Origin: Clostridia bacterium
Lineage (GTDB): Bacteria > Bacillota > Clostridia > Oscillospirales > CAG-272
Reading direction: 5' to 3'
Assembly: GCA_024404505.1 (NCBI GenBank)
Contig: JAKSPU010000002.1
Location: 3,773 to 67,772, forward strand
DNA: 64,000 nucleotides
The notes below the pieces were generated by a model. The model ran no database searches and was not told the DNA's origin. It saw only the letters and a list, made by a program, of their open reading frames with translations. The position numbers were made by a program, and so were the translations under genes. Within the stretch, counting starts at the first letter, position 1; each line of letters opens with the position of its first letter. Below, one piece after another: positions 17,869 through 27,319 of this stretch.

Positions 17869-19266
17869 ATGAAACACACGATCCACTTCCGCCTGCTTGC
17901 CTGCCTGCTGCTCGCCGTCATGGCGCTCGGCTGCCTTGTTTCCTGCATCGACTCACTGCCCGAGGATAAACGGGCGATCAGGCTTTATGAAAAGGCCGAG
18001 GCGCAGGCCGACAAGGCGTCCTCGTACACGATCAAGGCCAAAATCACGATGAGCTGCACGGTGAACGATCAGCTGATCAAGGTCAACGCCGACATAAACA
18101 ACCGGACGGTGAACGCGCCCGAACAGAGGACGCTGACGGAAAACAAGATGTCGTTCTACATTCCCGGAACCACCCGCACGGATGAGTACCGGACGGAGGG
18201 CTACATGAACGGCAAGGCCTTTTGCAAGGGCGAGACAGCCGGCATCTGGTCCGAAATGACGCCCGAGGAGTACGCCGAATGGCAGACCTCCAAGGCGGAT
18301 GAAGACTTTGCGGGCAGTACGCCTCTGATCCTCGCGCCGGAGCAGGCTGCCGAAAAGACCTGCACCAAGGATAAAACGACCGGCGAGTACACGGTCACGC
18401 TGAAGGGCATCGCCAAGGACAACATGAAGGAGCTGGCTGCCGGCATGGATACGTTGACGGAAGTCATCGGAGACGTCACGCTGGACGGTATCGACGTGAC
18501 CTTTGTCATCGACAAGCATATGTACTACAAGGAGATCACGATTACGTTCAATTACTCCGGCGCGGACGCGGCACCGGAGGCCGAGATCGTCATGACGATG
18601 TCCGATTGGAACAGCACGGAGATCGAGGACATCGAGAATTTTGACAAGGATTATCAGAAGGTCGACGACATCCGTCTGCCGGATCTGGTCAAGAAGGCGT
18701 ACGACGACGCGGTCGAGCAGCCGCATTTCACGCTGAAGTCGACCACCCAAACGAGCTTCAACAACCAGAGCACCAGTACCGTCGAGACCGACACCGTGGA
18801 CATCAGCACGGAGGGCGGGTACAGCTTTACCGTCGCAGCCAACCAGAACAGAGGAAGCATCGTGCAGACCATTACCTACAAGGACGGGATTTTCACGGTC
18901 TTTGATGACGTGAAGGGCGCAGAGATCGCACAGCAGGAGATGACGGAGGGCGAGGCCAAGTCATTCATCCGGACGATCGCCAACCCCGTCAGCTTCTCCG
19001 ATACCTTCGTGTCCACCGTCAAGAAATCCAAGGACGGGCAGAAGGTCGAGATGAAACTGACATCCGAGGCGCTCGGCGACTTCAAGAGACAGCTGACGAA
19101 CAGCGGCATCAACGTCACCGATTCGTCCGGCAAGGTGACGGCGGAGCTCGACGAAGAGGGCAGCGTCGTGAAGATCGTCCTCCGGATGGAGTACGGCATC
19201 AAAGTTCAGAATGTCAAGGGTACGACCGTGGTCGAATACACACTTGATCTTTCTCCCAAGAGTTGA
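17869..19266 (+). CDS. Lipoprotein of unknown function
   Basis: Signal peptide plus lipobox (ALGCLVSC) and RBS GAAAGGA. No domain recognised. Confidence 0.7.
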   Translation: MKHTIHFRLLACLLLAVMALGCLVSCIDSLPEDKRAIRLYEKAEAQADKASSYTIKAKITMSCTVNDQLIKVNADINNRTVNAPEQRTLTENKMSFYIPGTTRTDEYRTEGYMNGKAFCKGETAGIWSEMTPEEYAEWQTSKADEDFAGSTPLILAPEQAAEKTCTKDKTTGEYTVTLKGIAKDNMKELAAGMDTLTEVIGDVTLDGIDVTFVIDKHMYYKEITITFNYSGADAAPEAEIVMTMSDWNSTEIEDIENFDKDYQKVDDIRLPDLVKKAYDDAVEQPHFTLKSTTQTSFNNQSTSTVETDTVDISTEGGYSFTVAANQNRGSIVQTITYKDGIFTVFDDVKGAEIAQQEMTEGEAKSFIRTIANPVSFSDTFVSTVKKSKDGQKVEMKLTSEALGDFKRQLTNSGINVTDSSGKVTAELDEEGSVVKIVLRMEYGIKVQNVKGTTVVEYTLDLSPKS

Positions 19267-19273
19267 CCGGGAT

Positions 19274-19318
19274 AAACAAGCGCCGGCTGCCGCGATATGC
19301 GGCAGCCGGCGTTTGTTT
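19274..19318. terminator. Bidirectional terminator between convergent genes
   Basis: AAACAAGCGCCGGCTGCCGC-GATAT-GCGGCAGCCGGCGTTTGTTT, with A/T runs on both sides. Confidence 0.8.
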
Positions 19319-19330
19319 ATTATCATGCTC

Positions 19331-20572
19331 TCACGCTTCCAGCTCGGCCACGGTCCTATCTGCGTACAGCCGGACGAGATTCAGGAGGATCTCCGTCTCG
19401 GCGTCCATGCCCTCGACCGTGATATGCTCAAACGGCCCGTGGAAGGCGTAGCCGCCGGTACCGAGGTTGGGGCAGGGAAGTCCCATGAAGGACAGCCGCG
19501 CACCGTCCGTGCCGCCGCGGATCGGCTCCACGACAGGGGCGACGCCCGCCATGCGGGCGGCCTCGTTGGCGTTGTCGACCAGATGCTGATGCGGCGCGAT
19601 CTTCTCCGCCATGTTGCGGTACTGCTCGCGGATCATCAGCTTCACCACGCCCTCGCCGTACTTTGCGGCCATAGCCGCCTCGATGCCGCGCAGCACCTCA
19701 AGCCGCCGGGCGAACGACCCGGCGTCGTGGTCGCGGATGATGTAACGCAGCTCGGCAGCCTCCACGCAGCCCTTCATATCGGTCAGGTGGTAGAAGCCCT
19801 CGTATCCCTCGGTCCGTGCCGGGATCTCGCCGGCGGGCAGCATCCCGTTGATCTCCATGGCCAGCAGCGACGCGTTGACCATGACGTCCTTCGCAGAGCC
19901 GGGATGCACGTTCACGCCGTTTACCGTGAAGACAGCCGCGGCCGCGTTGAAGTTCTCGTATTCCAGCGAGCCCTCGGCGCCGCCGTCGACCGTATAGGCA
20001 AAGTCCGCGCCGAAGCCCGGCACGTCGAAGCAGTCGGGACCGCGCCCGATCTCCTCGTCCGGCGTAAAGCAGATACAGATCTTCCCGTGCGGCAGACCGC
20101 TGTTTATCACCTGCTCGGCCATGGTCATGATCTCCGCCACACCGGCCTTATCGTCCGCGCCGAGCAGCGTTCTGCCGTCGGTCACGATCAGCGTTTTGTC
20201 CTTGAGGGCGGGCAAATGCGGGAACATCGCGGGAGACAGAACGCGGCCGGAATCCCCAAGCACGACCTCGCCTCCGTCGTAGTCCGGGATCAGGCGGGGC
20301 TTTACGCCATCGCCGTTGAAGTCGGGCGCGGTGTCCACGTGGGCAATGAAGCCGAGGCGGACCTTGTCCTCATACCCTGCGGTCGCCGGAATCTCAGCGT
20401 AGACGTATCCGTCGCGCTTGTCGACCACGTTCACGCAGCCGAGAGCGGTCAGTTCATCGCGCAGAATGGAGATGAGGTCCAGCTGGCGGGCCGTCGAGGG
20501 GACGGTCGCGGATTCCTCATCGGAGGTCGTGTATACGGTGACGTACTTCAGTAATCTTTCATAGGCTTTCAT
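19331..20572 (-). CDS. pepT: Peptidase T (tripeptide aminopeptidase, M20B)
   Basis: MKAYERLLKYVTVYTTSDEES... and FIAHVDTAPDFNG. Length 413 aa. RBS is AGGAGA. Confidence 0.92.
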   Translation of the reverse strand: MKAYERLLKYVTVYTTSDEESATVPSTARQLDLISILRDELTALGCVNVVDKRDGYVYAEIPATAGYEDKVRLGFIAHVDTAPDFNGDGVKPRLIPDYDGGEVVLGDSGRVLSPAMFPHLPALKDKTLIVTDGRTLLGADDKAGVAEIMTMAEQVINSGLPHGKICICFTPDEEIGRGPDCFDVPGFGADFAYTVDGGAEGSLEYENFNAAAAVFTVNGVNVHPGSAKDVMVNASLLAMEINGMLPAGEIPARTEGYEGFYHLTDMKGCVEAAELRYIIRDHDAGSFARRLEVLRGIEAAMAAKYGEGVVKLMIREQYRNMAEKIAPHQHLVDNANEAARMAGVAPVVEPIRGGTDGARLSFMGLPCPNLGTGGYAFHGPFEHITVEGMDAETEILLNLVRLYADRTVAELEA

Positions 20573-20616
20573 GGTCGTCTGTTGTCTCCTTTTCTGTCAT
20601 TTATCAATGCTTACGC

Positions 20617-21966
20617 TTACAGCCCCATCGCCTCGCGCAGCTCGCTGTACATATACAGCGACCCGAGGCAGAGAAGGGGGATTCCCTGCGCCCGGCACAG
20701 GGTGACGGCTGCCGTCAGGGCCTCCGCGACCGTCGGATAGTCCGACGCCGTGACGCCGAGCGACGCGTACAGCTCCGCCAGCTCGCGCCCGGACAGAGCC
20801 CGGCTGTTGTGCGGCGTGACCGTGAACACCCGGCACGCGACCGACGCGATCCGCGCCGCCATGTGCGCGTAGTCCTTATCGGCCATGACGCCGGTCAGCA
20901 CGGCGATCTTTTGACCGCCGAAGCAGGCAGCCGCAGTTGCCGCGGCCGCGTCGATGCCCTCCGGGTTATGTCCGCCGTCCGAGACGATCACGGGATCGCG
21001 GGACAGCACCTCGAAGCGCCCCGGCCAATACACGGAGGCAAGGCCCGTGCGGACCGCCTTGGCCGGTATGCGCATCCCCTGCTTCCGCAGCAGCTTCACG
21101 ACGGTCAGCGCCGTCGCCGCGTTGCACGGCTGGTACAGGCCCGGCAGCGGGATGTGCAGACCCTTCAGATTGCCCCAATCGAAATCCGAGCCGGACAGAT
21201 CGGAGCGGATGTTTTTCAGAACGGACGGCCCGACGGGGATATAGGGCGCGCCCAGCTCGTCCGCGCGGGCCTTGATCACCCGTCCGCAGGATACGGGATC
21301 GACGATGGTTGATCCTCCGACCGCTCCGACGGGCGGATGAGCGCCGCCGAACACGACCGGCACGCCCGGCTTGATGATTCCGGCTTTCTCGGCGGCGATC
21401 TTTTCCGGCGTGTCGCCGAGGAACGCGGTGTGGTCCATGGCGATGCCCGTGATGACGGACACGGCGACTTCTCCGGCCTCCAGCACGTTGGTGGAGTCCA
21501 TGCGCCCGCCCATACCGACCTCGAACACGACGACGTCGCAGGCGTGCCGCGCAAAGTAGACCAGCCCGATGGCGGTGATCAGCTCGAACTCGGTCGGCAC
21601 GTCCTCCATGCCGTCCGCGAACGGGCGCACGTAGGACGTGATCCCGGCAAGCTCCGCGTCGGGGATCTGCTCGCCGTCGATCTGCATCCTCTCGTTGAAG
21701 CGGATCATGTACGGCGACGTGAACAGCCCCACCCGGTACCCGGCCGCGCGGAGGATCGAGGCCGTCATGGCGCAGGTCGAGCCCTTGCCGTTGGTCCCGG
21801 CGACGTGGACAAAGCGCAGCGACTTCTGCGGGTCGCCGAGCAGCGAGCAGAGCGTGCGGATACGGTCAAGACCCGGCGCGTGCCGGGTCCAGACGTTGGA
21901 ATGGATGTATGCGACGGCTTCCTCCGCCGTCGTGATCGGGGGGAGTGCGGTTTCGGATATGGTCAT
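20617..21966 (-). CDS. folC: Bifunctional folylpolyglutamate synthase / dihydrofolate synthase
   Basis: P-loop HVAGTNGKGST and a Mur-ligase-like layout. Start lies 3 nt after the folT stop. Confidence 0.92.
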   Translation of the reverse strand: MTISETALPPITTAEEAVAYIHSNVWTRHAPGLDRIRTLCSLLGDPQKSLRFVHVAGTNGKGSTCAMTASILRAAGYRVGLFTSPYMIRFNERMQIDGEQIPDAELAGITSYVRPFADGMEDVPTEFELITAIGLVYFARHACDVVVFEVGMGGRMDSTNVLEAGEVAVSVITGIAMDHTAFLGDTPEKIAAEKAGIIKPGVPVVFGGAHPPVGAVGGSTIVDPVSCGRVIKARADELGAPYIPVGPSVLKNIRSDLSGSDFDWGNLKGLHIPLPGLYQPCNAATALTVVKLLRKQGMRIPAKAVRTGLASVYWPGRFEVLSRDPVIVSDGGHNPEGIDAAAATAAACFGGQKIAVLTGVMADKDYAHMAARIASVACRVFTVTPHNSRALSGRELAELYASLGVTASDYPTVAEALTAAVTLCRAQGIPLLCLGSLYMYSELREAMGL

Positions 21967-21969
21967 GGA

Positions 21970-22578
21970 TCAAACGTCGTCCTTCTTTTTGGATTTGCGG
22001 CTCGCGGTGATCTGCCCGTTTTTGTCGGCAAGGCTCTTGATCGGCTCAAGCAGGAATGCCGTCAGCGGCACCGTGACGACCATACGCAGACCGGCGGCCA
22101 GCAGACGGCCGGGCAGAAGCAGGTGCAGCGCCTTGACCTCGTACTGCCAGATCATGCCGTCGATGTAAAACACGGCGGTATTGGCGGCGGTGAACAACAG
22201 CTCGGCGATCACGGTGATCGTGATGACCTGCCACGACTTGGGCTCATACCGGCACAACCATGCGCAGAAGCTGACGAACAGGCCGAGCAGCACGACGGGG
22301 GCCATCCAGATCGGGGTGGTCACCATCAGACCGTATTGACTGAGCATCTGCTCAAGGAACGAGCCGAGCAGGGAGACGGCCAGCGTGTCGACGGGGCCGA
22401 ACAGAAATCCGCACAGGATGATCGGCAGGGACGAGATCGAAAACTGCACGAGCGGCAGGTCGATGGACATGAAGCGGGCCAGCACGAAGTACATGGCCGC
22501 CAATATGGCGTCCATGATCATCCGCTGGATCATGCGGCGCTTCTTGCTTCTCGGGGTCTCGGTTTTGCGTTCAGACAT
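21970..22578 (-). CDS. folT: Folate-family ECF transporter S component
   Basis: About 200-aa, 6-TM protein directly upstream of folC. Start MSERK sits 8 nt after GGAGG. The listed longer ORF runs into the leader RNA. Confidence 0.8.
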   Translation of the reverse strand: MSERKTETPRSKKRRMIQRMIMDAILAAMYFVLARFMSIDLPLVQFSISSLPIILCGFLFGPVDTLAVSLLGSFLEQMLSQYGLMVTTPIWMAPVVLLGLFVSFCAWLCRYEPKSWQVITITVIAELLFTAANTAVFYIDGMIWQYEVKALHLLLPGRLLAAGLRMVVTVPLTAFLLEPIKSLADKNGQITASRKSKKKDDV

Positions 22579-22586
22579 AAAAATAC

Positions 22587-22622
22587 CCTCCTTCCCCACA
22601 GCCATTTGGCAGGGGAAGGAGG
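22587..22622 (-). promoter_or_regulatory. SD-sequestering hairpin (riboswitch expression platform)
   Basis: On the minus strand, CCUCCUUCCCC (22622-22612) pairs perfectly over 11 bp with GGGGAAGGAGG (22597-22587). The latter contains the folT Shine-Dalgarno sequence. Confidence 0.65.
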
Positions 22623-22688
22623 AATCGAACCCGCCGCACGCACAATATACGCGTTCAGCGGGAGGGTTCTCCCAAGCCTCGACCAGAT

Positions 22689-22811
22689 GAAGCGGGATGC
22701 AGACCCCGGACCGCAACGACCCGATGAGAGCGCGTGTTTCGTCCGGCAGACAACTCCCCGTCCTGCCGGCACTCAGGCAGGATGCCTGATACGCCCGGAG
22801 CCTTACTCTTC
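22689..22811 (-). promoter_or_regulatory. Candidate THF-I (tetrahydrofolate) riboswitch aptamer
   Basis: The minus-strand RNA reads GAAGAGUAAGGCUCCGGGCGUAUCAGG ... ACGAA ... GCGGUCCGGGGUCUGCAUCCCGCUUC. This parallels the E. siraeum THF aptamer as I recall it (GGAGAGUAG-P2-GCGUUAAGUG ... ACGAA ... GCGGU-P2'-UGCAUCCGCUCC). P1 GAAGAG/CGCUUC and P2 GGCUCCGG/CCGGGGUC pair. The interior is longer than in the reference. Confidence 0.6.
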
Positions 22812-22827
22812 AAATTTTTGTACTATC

Positions 22828-22856
22828 ATTATACCCCATCGGCGGCGGTTTGTCAA
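22828..22856 (-). promoter_or_regulatory. Sigma-A-type promoter of the folT leader
   Basis: Minus strand reads TTGACA (22856-22851), 17-nt spacer, TATAAT (22833-22828). The predicted TSS is ~10 nt before the aptamer. Confidence 0.7.
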
Positions 22857-22896
22857 GGTCCGGGCCAAATCTTCATACATTTTTCACGTCCCGTAC

Positions 22897-22925
22897 TTGC
22901 AATCCGATTCCGATTATGATATACT
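22897..22925 (+). promoter_or_regulatory. Sigma-A-type promoter of the MBOAT/DHHW pair
   Basis: TTGCAA, 17-nt spacer, TGa-TATACT. Confidence 0.6.
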
Positions 22926-22991
22926 TTATCATGAGGAATTTTCCGCCGTTTTAACCGTTTAACGATCGACTGCTCCGCGAGGTGTATATAT

Positions 22992-24494
22992 ATGGTCTTT
23001 TCCAGCTTGTTTTTCCTGTTCTTCTTCCTGACGCTTTGCTACGGGTTGTACCTGTTCATGCCGAGTCTGCGGGCGAAGAACATCCTGCTTCTGGTATTCT
23101 CCCTGATATTCTACGCGTGGGCGGGCCCCGTCTACGTGGGCCTGTTGTGCTCCATGACCTTTATCTGCTGGGCCGGTGCGCGCATCATGCCGCCCTTGTG
23201 CCGTCTCAAGCCTGCCGAGGCACTGGACGACCGGACGGACGCGGTGGACAAGCGGTATGCCCGTATCCGCAAGGCTGTCATGTGGGTCACGGTCGGCGCG
23301 TGCCTCGTGCTGCTGTGCGCCTTCAAGTATACGGATTTTGCGGTCCGGAACGTGCAGACGCTGTTCGGCCTTGAGTCGAAGCTGCCGGGCGTGGTGCTGC
23401 CCATCGGTATATCCTTCTACACCTTCCAGCTGCTTTCCTACGTGGTCGATGTGTACCGCGGGCGCGTCCCGGCACAGAAGCGGTACGACCAGCTGCTGCT
23501 GTACGCGGCGCTGTTCCATCAGTGCGTCGCGGGACCGATCGTGCGGTATGCCGACATCCAGCGCGAGATCACGGACCGCCGCGCATCGGTCAACGACGTG
23601 TTCGAGGGGCTTTCCCGCTTTACGGTCGGCGTGGCCAAGAAGGCAATTCTGACCAACGCCTGCGGACGCATCGCGGACACCCTGCTGCCGCTGTCCGGGG
23701 AGGGGTACGGTCAGCTGTCCGCCCTCTCGGTGCTGCTCGGCATGGCGGCCTATATGCTGGAGATCTACCTCGATTTCTCCGCTTACTCGGACATGGCTAT
23801 CGGCATGGGCCGCATGGTCGGCTTCCACTTCCGCGAGAATTTCAACTACCCCTACACCGCCGTATCCGTGACGGATTTCTGGCGCCGCTGGCACATCTCG
23901 CTGTCCTCGTTCTTCCGTGACTACGTGTATATCCCTCTCGGCGGCAACCGCTGCACGAAGGGACGGCAGATCTTCAATCTGCTGGTGGTGTGGGGACTGA
24001 CGGGCCTCTGGCATGGCGCGTCGTGGAACTACGTGTTGTGGGGCCTGTACTTCTGCCTGTTCCTGATCCTTGAAAAGTTCGTGTTCAAGTGGCAGGCGGA
24101 CTGCACCGGCCGGAAGCGGCATCTGCGCCGGCTGTATACGCTGGTCGTGGTGTACTTCGGCTGGTTCCTGTTCCGCTTTGAGGACCTGTCGCTGCTCGGA
24201 AAGGCGCTGGCCGCGCTGTTCGGCTTCGGCAGCGGATTCGCGGACAAGCTGGCCGTGACCACGCTGGTCAACAACCTGTTCATCCTGACCCTGTGCGTGC
24301 TGGCCTGCACGCCGATCATTCCCGCCCTGCGTGACCGGCTGAGCCGGGCGCGGAAGGAAAACGGCCCCGGTGCCGGATTTGCGTCCGTCGTCGGGAACTG
24401 CGCGGCGGTGCTGCTGCCCGTGACGCTGCTGATCCTGTCGGCACTCGCGCTGGTGGGCAACCAATACAATCCCTTCATGTACACAAGGTTCTGA
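22992..24494 (+). CDS. MBOAT family O-acyltransferase (AlgI/DltB/PatA-like)
   Basis: Multi-pass membrane protein with FYTFQLLSYVVDVYRG and DFWRRWHISLSSFFRDYVYIPLGGNR...WGLTGLWHGASW (catalytic His region). Confidence 0.9.
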   Translation: MVFSSLFFLFFFLTLCYGLYLFMPSLRAKNILLLVFSLIFYAWAGPVYVGLLCSMTFICWAGARIMPPLCRLKPAEALDDRTDAVDKRYARIRKAVMWVTVGACLVLLCAFKYTDFAVRNVQTLFGLESKLPGVVLPIGISFYTFQLLSYVVDVYRGRVPAQKRYDQLLLYAALFHQCVAGPIVRYADIQREITDRRASVNDVFEGLSRFTVGVAKKAILTNACGRIADTLLPLSGEGYGQLSALSVLLGMAAYMLEIYLDFSAYSDMAIGMGRMVGFHFRENFNYPYTAVSVTDFWRRWHISLSSFFRDYVYIPLGGNRCTKGRQIFNLLVVWGLTGLWHGASWNYVLWGLYFCLFLILEKFVFKWQADCTGRKRHLRRLYTLVVVYFGWFLFRFEDLSLLGKALAALFGFGSGFADKLAVTTLVNNLFILTLCVLACTPIIPALRDRLSRARKENGPGAGFASVVGNCAAVLLPVTLLILSALALVGNQYNPFMYTRF

Positions 24495-24514
24495 CAGACA
24501 GAAAGAGAAGCATC

Positions 24515-25948
24515 ATGAATACACAGTATCAAAAGCCGGACGCACCGGAGCGCAAGGCTCCGAAGCCCGCGTCCGCCGGTCACGAAAAGGACCGTGATCC
24601 GATTGAAAAAAAGCCTCCCTACGCCTCGCTGAACGCACGGAAACTGTCCGTCTGCCTGTGTGCGCTGTGTGCGGTCGTGTTCTTCGTGTGGGGGCTGCTG
24701 TTCTTCCTGCGGCCTTCCGTATCCGAGACGGAAAAGCGCGAGCTGACGCGCTTCCCGGCGCTCACGTGGAGCGGCTTCTGGTCCGGAGAGTGGACCGAGC
24801 AGATCAGCCTGTGGTACGCGGACACGTTCCCGGGCCGCGACGGCCTGACGACAGCCTTCCACGGGATGCAGGGGCTGTACGGCATCCGGCGGGAGCAGTT
24901 TGAGGGCGGAACGGGAGACGACATCCCGGACGGTACCATGCCCGAGGATTTCACCGTTCCGGACGAGCCGGAAACCGACGATCCCTCCGCGCACAGCGGC
25001 GGGGAGACCATCGGCGGCTTCTACGTATCGGGCGACACCGCCTACGAGCTGTACTATTTCAACGAAACAAACAGCTACCGCTATGCGGCGGTGGTCAAAA
25101 AGGCAGCCGCGGCGCTCAAGGGGCAGGCACAGGTCTACGATATGGTCGTCCCGCTCTACTACACCTTCTCCCTCGGCTCCGACGTACAGAAGGAGTGCGG
25201 GGCCTCGGACGGCAAAAAGGTCATGGAGTTCATTTACTCGGGCCTCGGGGACGACGTGAAGACCGTGGATATCTATTCCGCGCTGGCAGCGCACAAGGAT
25301 GAGTACATATTCTTCCGCACCGACCACCATTGGACCGCGACGGGCGCCTATTGGGCGTACGACGCGTTCTGCCGTGAGGCCGGGATCACGCCGACTCCCC
25401 TGTCCTCCTACGAGAAGCTGACCTTTGAGGGCTTCCTCGGGACTCTCTACGCCAAGACCAACGAGCCCGCGGCGCTGCGGAACAACCCGGACAAGGTCGA
25501 GGCCTATGTGCCGGTCGGGACGAACGCCATGGTCATCGTGAACAGGAACGGGCAGACGGAGTCCGTCTACCCGATCGTGCAGCGCAAGACGGACATCTTC
25601 TATCAGAACGCTGCCTCCAAGTACAACTGCTTCATCGCCGGTGACAACCCGCTGACCACGATCCACAACGAGAATATCTCCGCGTCCCGCAAGGGGACGT
25701 CCGTCGTGCTGATCAAGGAGTCCTTCGGGAACGCGTTCGCGCCCTTCCTCGTGGACAGCTTCGAGTATGTGTACGTCATCGACTACCGTTACTTCGCGGG
25801 CGAGCCCGACGCGTCCGGTGATCTTGTCCACGCCGACCTGACCTCGTTCGTCACAGCCCACAACGTCAGCACCGTCATCTTCCTCAACAACGTCGACGCG
25901 ACCACCGCGGCGCCCCGTCTCGCGGAGTTGGAGAAGCTGGTAAGATAA
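24515..25948 (+). CDS. DHHW family protein (AlgX/AlgJ-like SGNH partner of MBOAT)
   Basis: N-terminal TM anchor and the signature FFRTDHHWT. Lies 20 nt after the MBOAT stop. Confidence 0.85.
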   Translation: MNTQYQKPDAPERKAPKPASAGHEKDRDPIEKKPPYASLNARKLSVCLCALCAVVFFVWGLLFFLRPSVSETEKRELTRFPALTWSGFWSGEWTEQISLWYADTFPGRDGLTTAFHGMQGLYGIRREQFEGGTGDDIPDGTMPEDFTVPDEPETDDPSAHSGGETIGGFYVSGDTAYELYYFNETNSYRYAAVVKKAAAALKGQAQVYDMVVPLYYTFSLGSDVQKECGASDGKKVMEFIYSGLGDDVKTVDIYSALAAHKDEYIFFRTDHHWTATGAYWAYDAFCREAGITPTPLSSYEKLTFEGFLGTLYAKTNEPAALRNNPDKVEAYVPVGTNAMVIVNRNGQTESVYPIVQRKTDIFYQNAASKYNCFIAGDNPLTTIHNENISASRKGTSVVLIKESFGNAFAPFLVDSFEYVYVIDYRYFAGEPDASGDLVHADLTSFVTAHNVSTVIFLNNVDATTAAPRLAELEKLVR

Positions 25949-25959
25949 TGAGGAACACC

Positions 25960-26240
25960 GGGGCGCTGCCCCGGACCCCGGGATGCTCCCGGGGCTCTGC
26001 CCCGGACCCCGCTTAAACCTTTCTTGAAAGAAGGGTTTAAGGATCCCAAGAACTTTAATAGAAAAGAATGACCAAGGTTTGGTTTTACGCTCAACCTTGG
26101 TCATTCTTTATTCTTCTGTATAAAAGTTCTTGAGATTCTCAAGGACTTCTTTCAAGAAGTCCTTGAGCGTCTGAAGGGCTTGCCCTTCAGAATGTGCTGG
26201 GCAGAGCCCTGCTCGCGTCTCCGGATGCAGGGCAGAGCCC
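25960..26240. repeat. Composite intergenic repeat, copy 3 (head-to-head units between convergent genes)
   Basis: Forward unit: GGGGCGCTGCCCC 25960, GGGGCTCTGCCCC 25991, hairpin 26013-26040, AAGAACTTT 26048-26056. Inverted unit: AAAGTTCTT 26123-26131, hairpin CTCAAGGACTTCTTTCAAGAAGTCCTTGAG 26138-26167, GGGCAGAGCCC at 26199 and 26230. Confidence 0.85.
26063..26109. terminator. Bidirectional 17-bp hairpin at the centre of repeat copy 3
   Basis: AAAGAATGACCAAGGTT-(13 nt containing TTTTACGC)-AACCTTGGTCATTCTTT. Confidence 0.7.
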
Positions 26241-26259
26241 TGCTCGTACTATATACCTG

Positions 26260-27303
26260 TCACTTCGTCCCGATCGTGCAGCTCTCCCCGTCGGAGGCAA
26301 AGCTGACCGTGCCGTCGTAGGTGTAGTAGACGGCGGAGAACACGGCCTTCATCTTGGTCACGATCGCGCCGGCGAGCGACGTTCTGGCGTCGGTGTGGAC
26401 GACGCAGTACCGCGGCTGAAGGACGTCCAGCGCGTTGAGCTCGCCCTTGTCGGCGGACGCACCGTGGTGCGGGATCTTGCACAGCGTCACGGTCGACAGC
26501 CCGCGTGCCTGCCAGAGCGGCATATATTCCGCCATGCGTTCCCCCTCGGCGTCGCCGCAGAACAGCAGCTTCATGCTGCCGAAGGTCATATAGGTGATCA
26601 GGGAGAAATTGTTCTCTTCCGCGTCGACGTTGTCCACGTCGGAGCCCATCTCCCTGCCGCGCTCGTGGCCGGGCAGACCGGTCGCGTTGATCCACAGGTG
26701 CGCGTACCCGAGATCAAGTTCCACGTCCTCGTCATACAGGCGATGCACCTCGGCGGACGAGGCGGCCAGCGCCTCCGCCATCTTGCGGTACAGAGAGGAG
26801 TTGCGGATATAGTCGGGCATATAGACGGTCTTGACGTCGTAGCTGTTCAGCACGCGGGTCGCGGTGCCGATGTGGTCGTTGTCATAGTGCGTGAGGATCA
26901 ATAGGTCGATGACGGAGACGTTCTGCGCGGAAAGCGCGGCCTGAACGGCGGAGAAATCGTCGTTCTCACCGGTGTCCATGAGGATGACCTTGTCGTCCGC
27001 ACGGATCAGGATGCAGTCGGACTTGCCCGTTTTCAGAAAATCGACGTACAGCCGGTGCTCGGCATCCTCATAGGGATCCTCATCAAAGCCTATGGAGGGG
27101 GTCGTCTCGCTTTCCGGCTCCGTGTCCCACGACAGGGGACCGCCCGTGGATGGCTCCCGGGTATCGGCCCCGGGACCGAGGGTCAGCGTGCCGTCCTTGC
27201 CGCTGATCGTACCGTCCGGATTGAGTATCAACCCGGAGCAGGCCGTCAGGGACAACAGCAGCGCGGCCAGCAGAAGGATCGCGGAATATCTGATGCGTTT
27301 CAA
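26260..27303 (-). CDS. MBL-fold metallo-hydrolase lipoprotein (ComEC C-terminal-domain-like)
   Basis: Start assigned to TTG 27303 (RBS AGAGAGG 7 nt upstream), giving MKRIRYSAILLLAALLLSLTAC (lipobox). Metal motif is ILTHYDNDHIG. The longer listed ORF overlaps the upstream gene. Confidence 0.75.
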   Translation of the reverse strand: MKRIRYSAILLLAALLLSLTACSGLILNPDGTISGKDGTLTLGPGADTREPSTGGPLSWDTEPESETTPSIGFDEDPYEDAEHRLYVDFLKTGKSDCILIRADDKVILMDTGENDDFSAVQAALSAQNVSVIDLLILTHYDNDHIGTATRVLNSYDVKTVYMPDYIRNSSLYRKMAEALAASSAEVHRLYDEDVELDLGYAHLWINATGLPGHERGREMGSDVDNVDAEENNFSLITYMTFGSMKLLFCGDAEGERMAEYMPLWQARGLSTVTLCKIPHHGASADKGELNALDVLQPRYCVVHTDARTSLAGAIVTKMKAVFSAVYYTYDGTVSFASDGESCTIGTK

Positions 27304-27319
27304 AGCAGTACCTCTCTTG

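Noticed and set aside
22598-22640. tRNA-like 3' end on the minus strand (GGGTTCGATTCC T-loop-like string followed by ...CCCCTGCCA)
   Set aside because: The T-stem has a C-C mismatch and no D-arm or anticodon arm can be drawn. The only possible 5' acceptor partner gives a 67-nt molecule. The same bases are better explained as the 5' arm of the 11-bp SD-sequestering hairpin of the folT leader.
22640-22760. Plus-strand matches to inner THF-aptamer strings (CGCGTT, GGGATGC, CAACGA, GAGAGCGCG)
   Set aside because: On the plus strand there is no 3' GCAUCC pseudoknot or P1 strand and no 5' AGAGUAG. The RNA would start inside the folT RBS and point at the MBOAT gene, which has its own promoter. The minus-strand reading gives complete P1/P2 and sits correctly between the promoter and folT.
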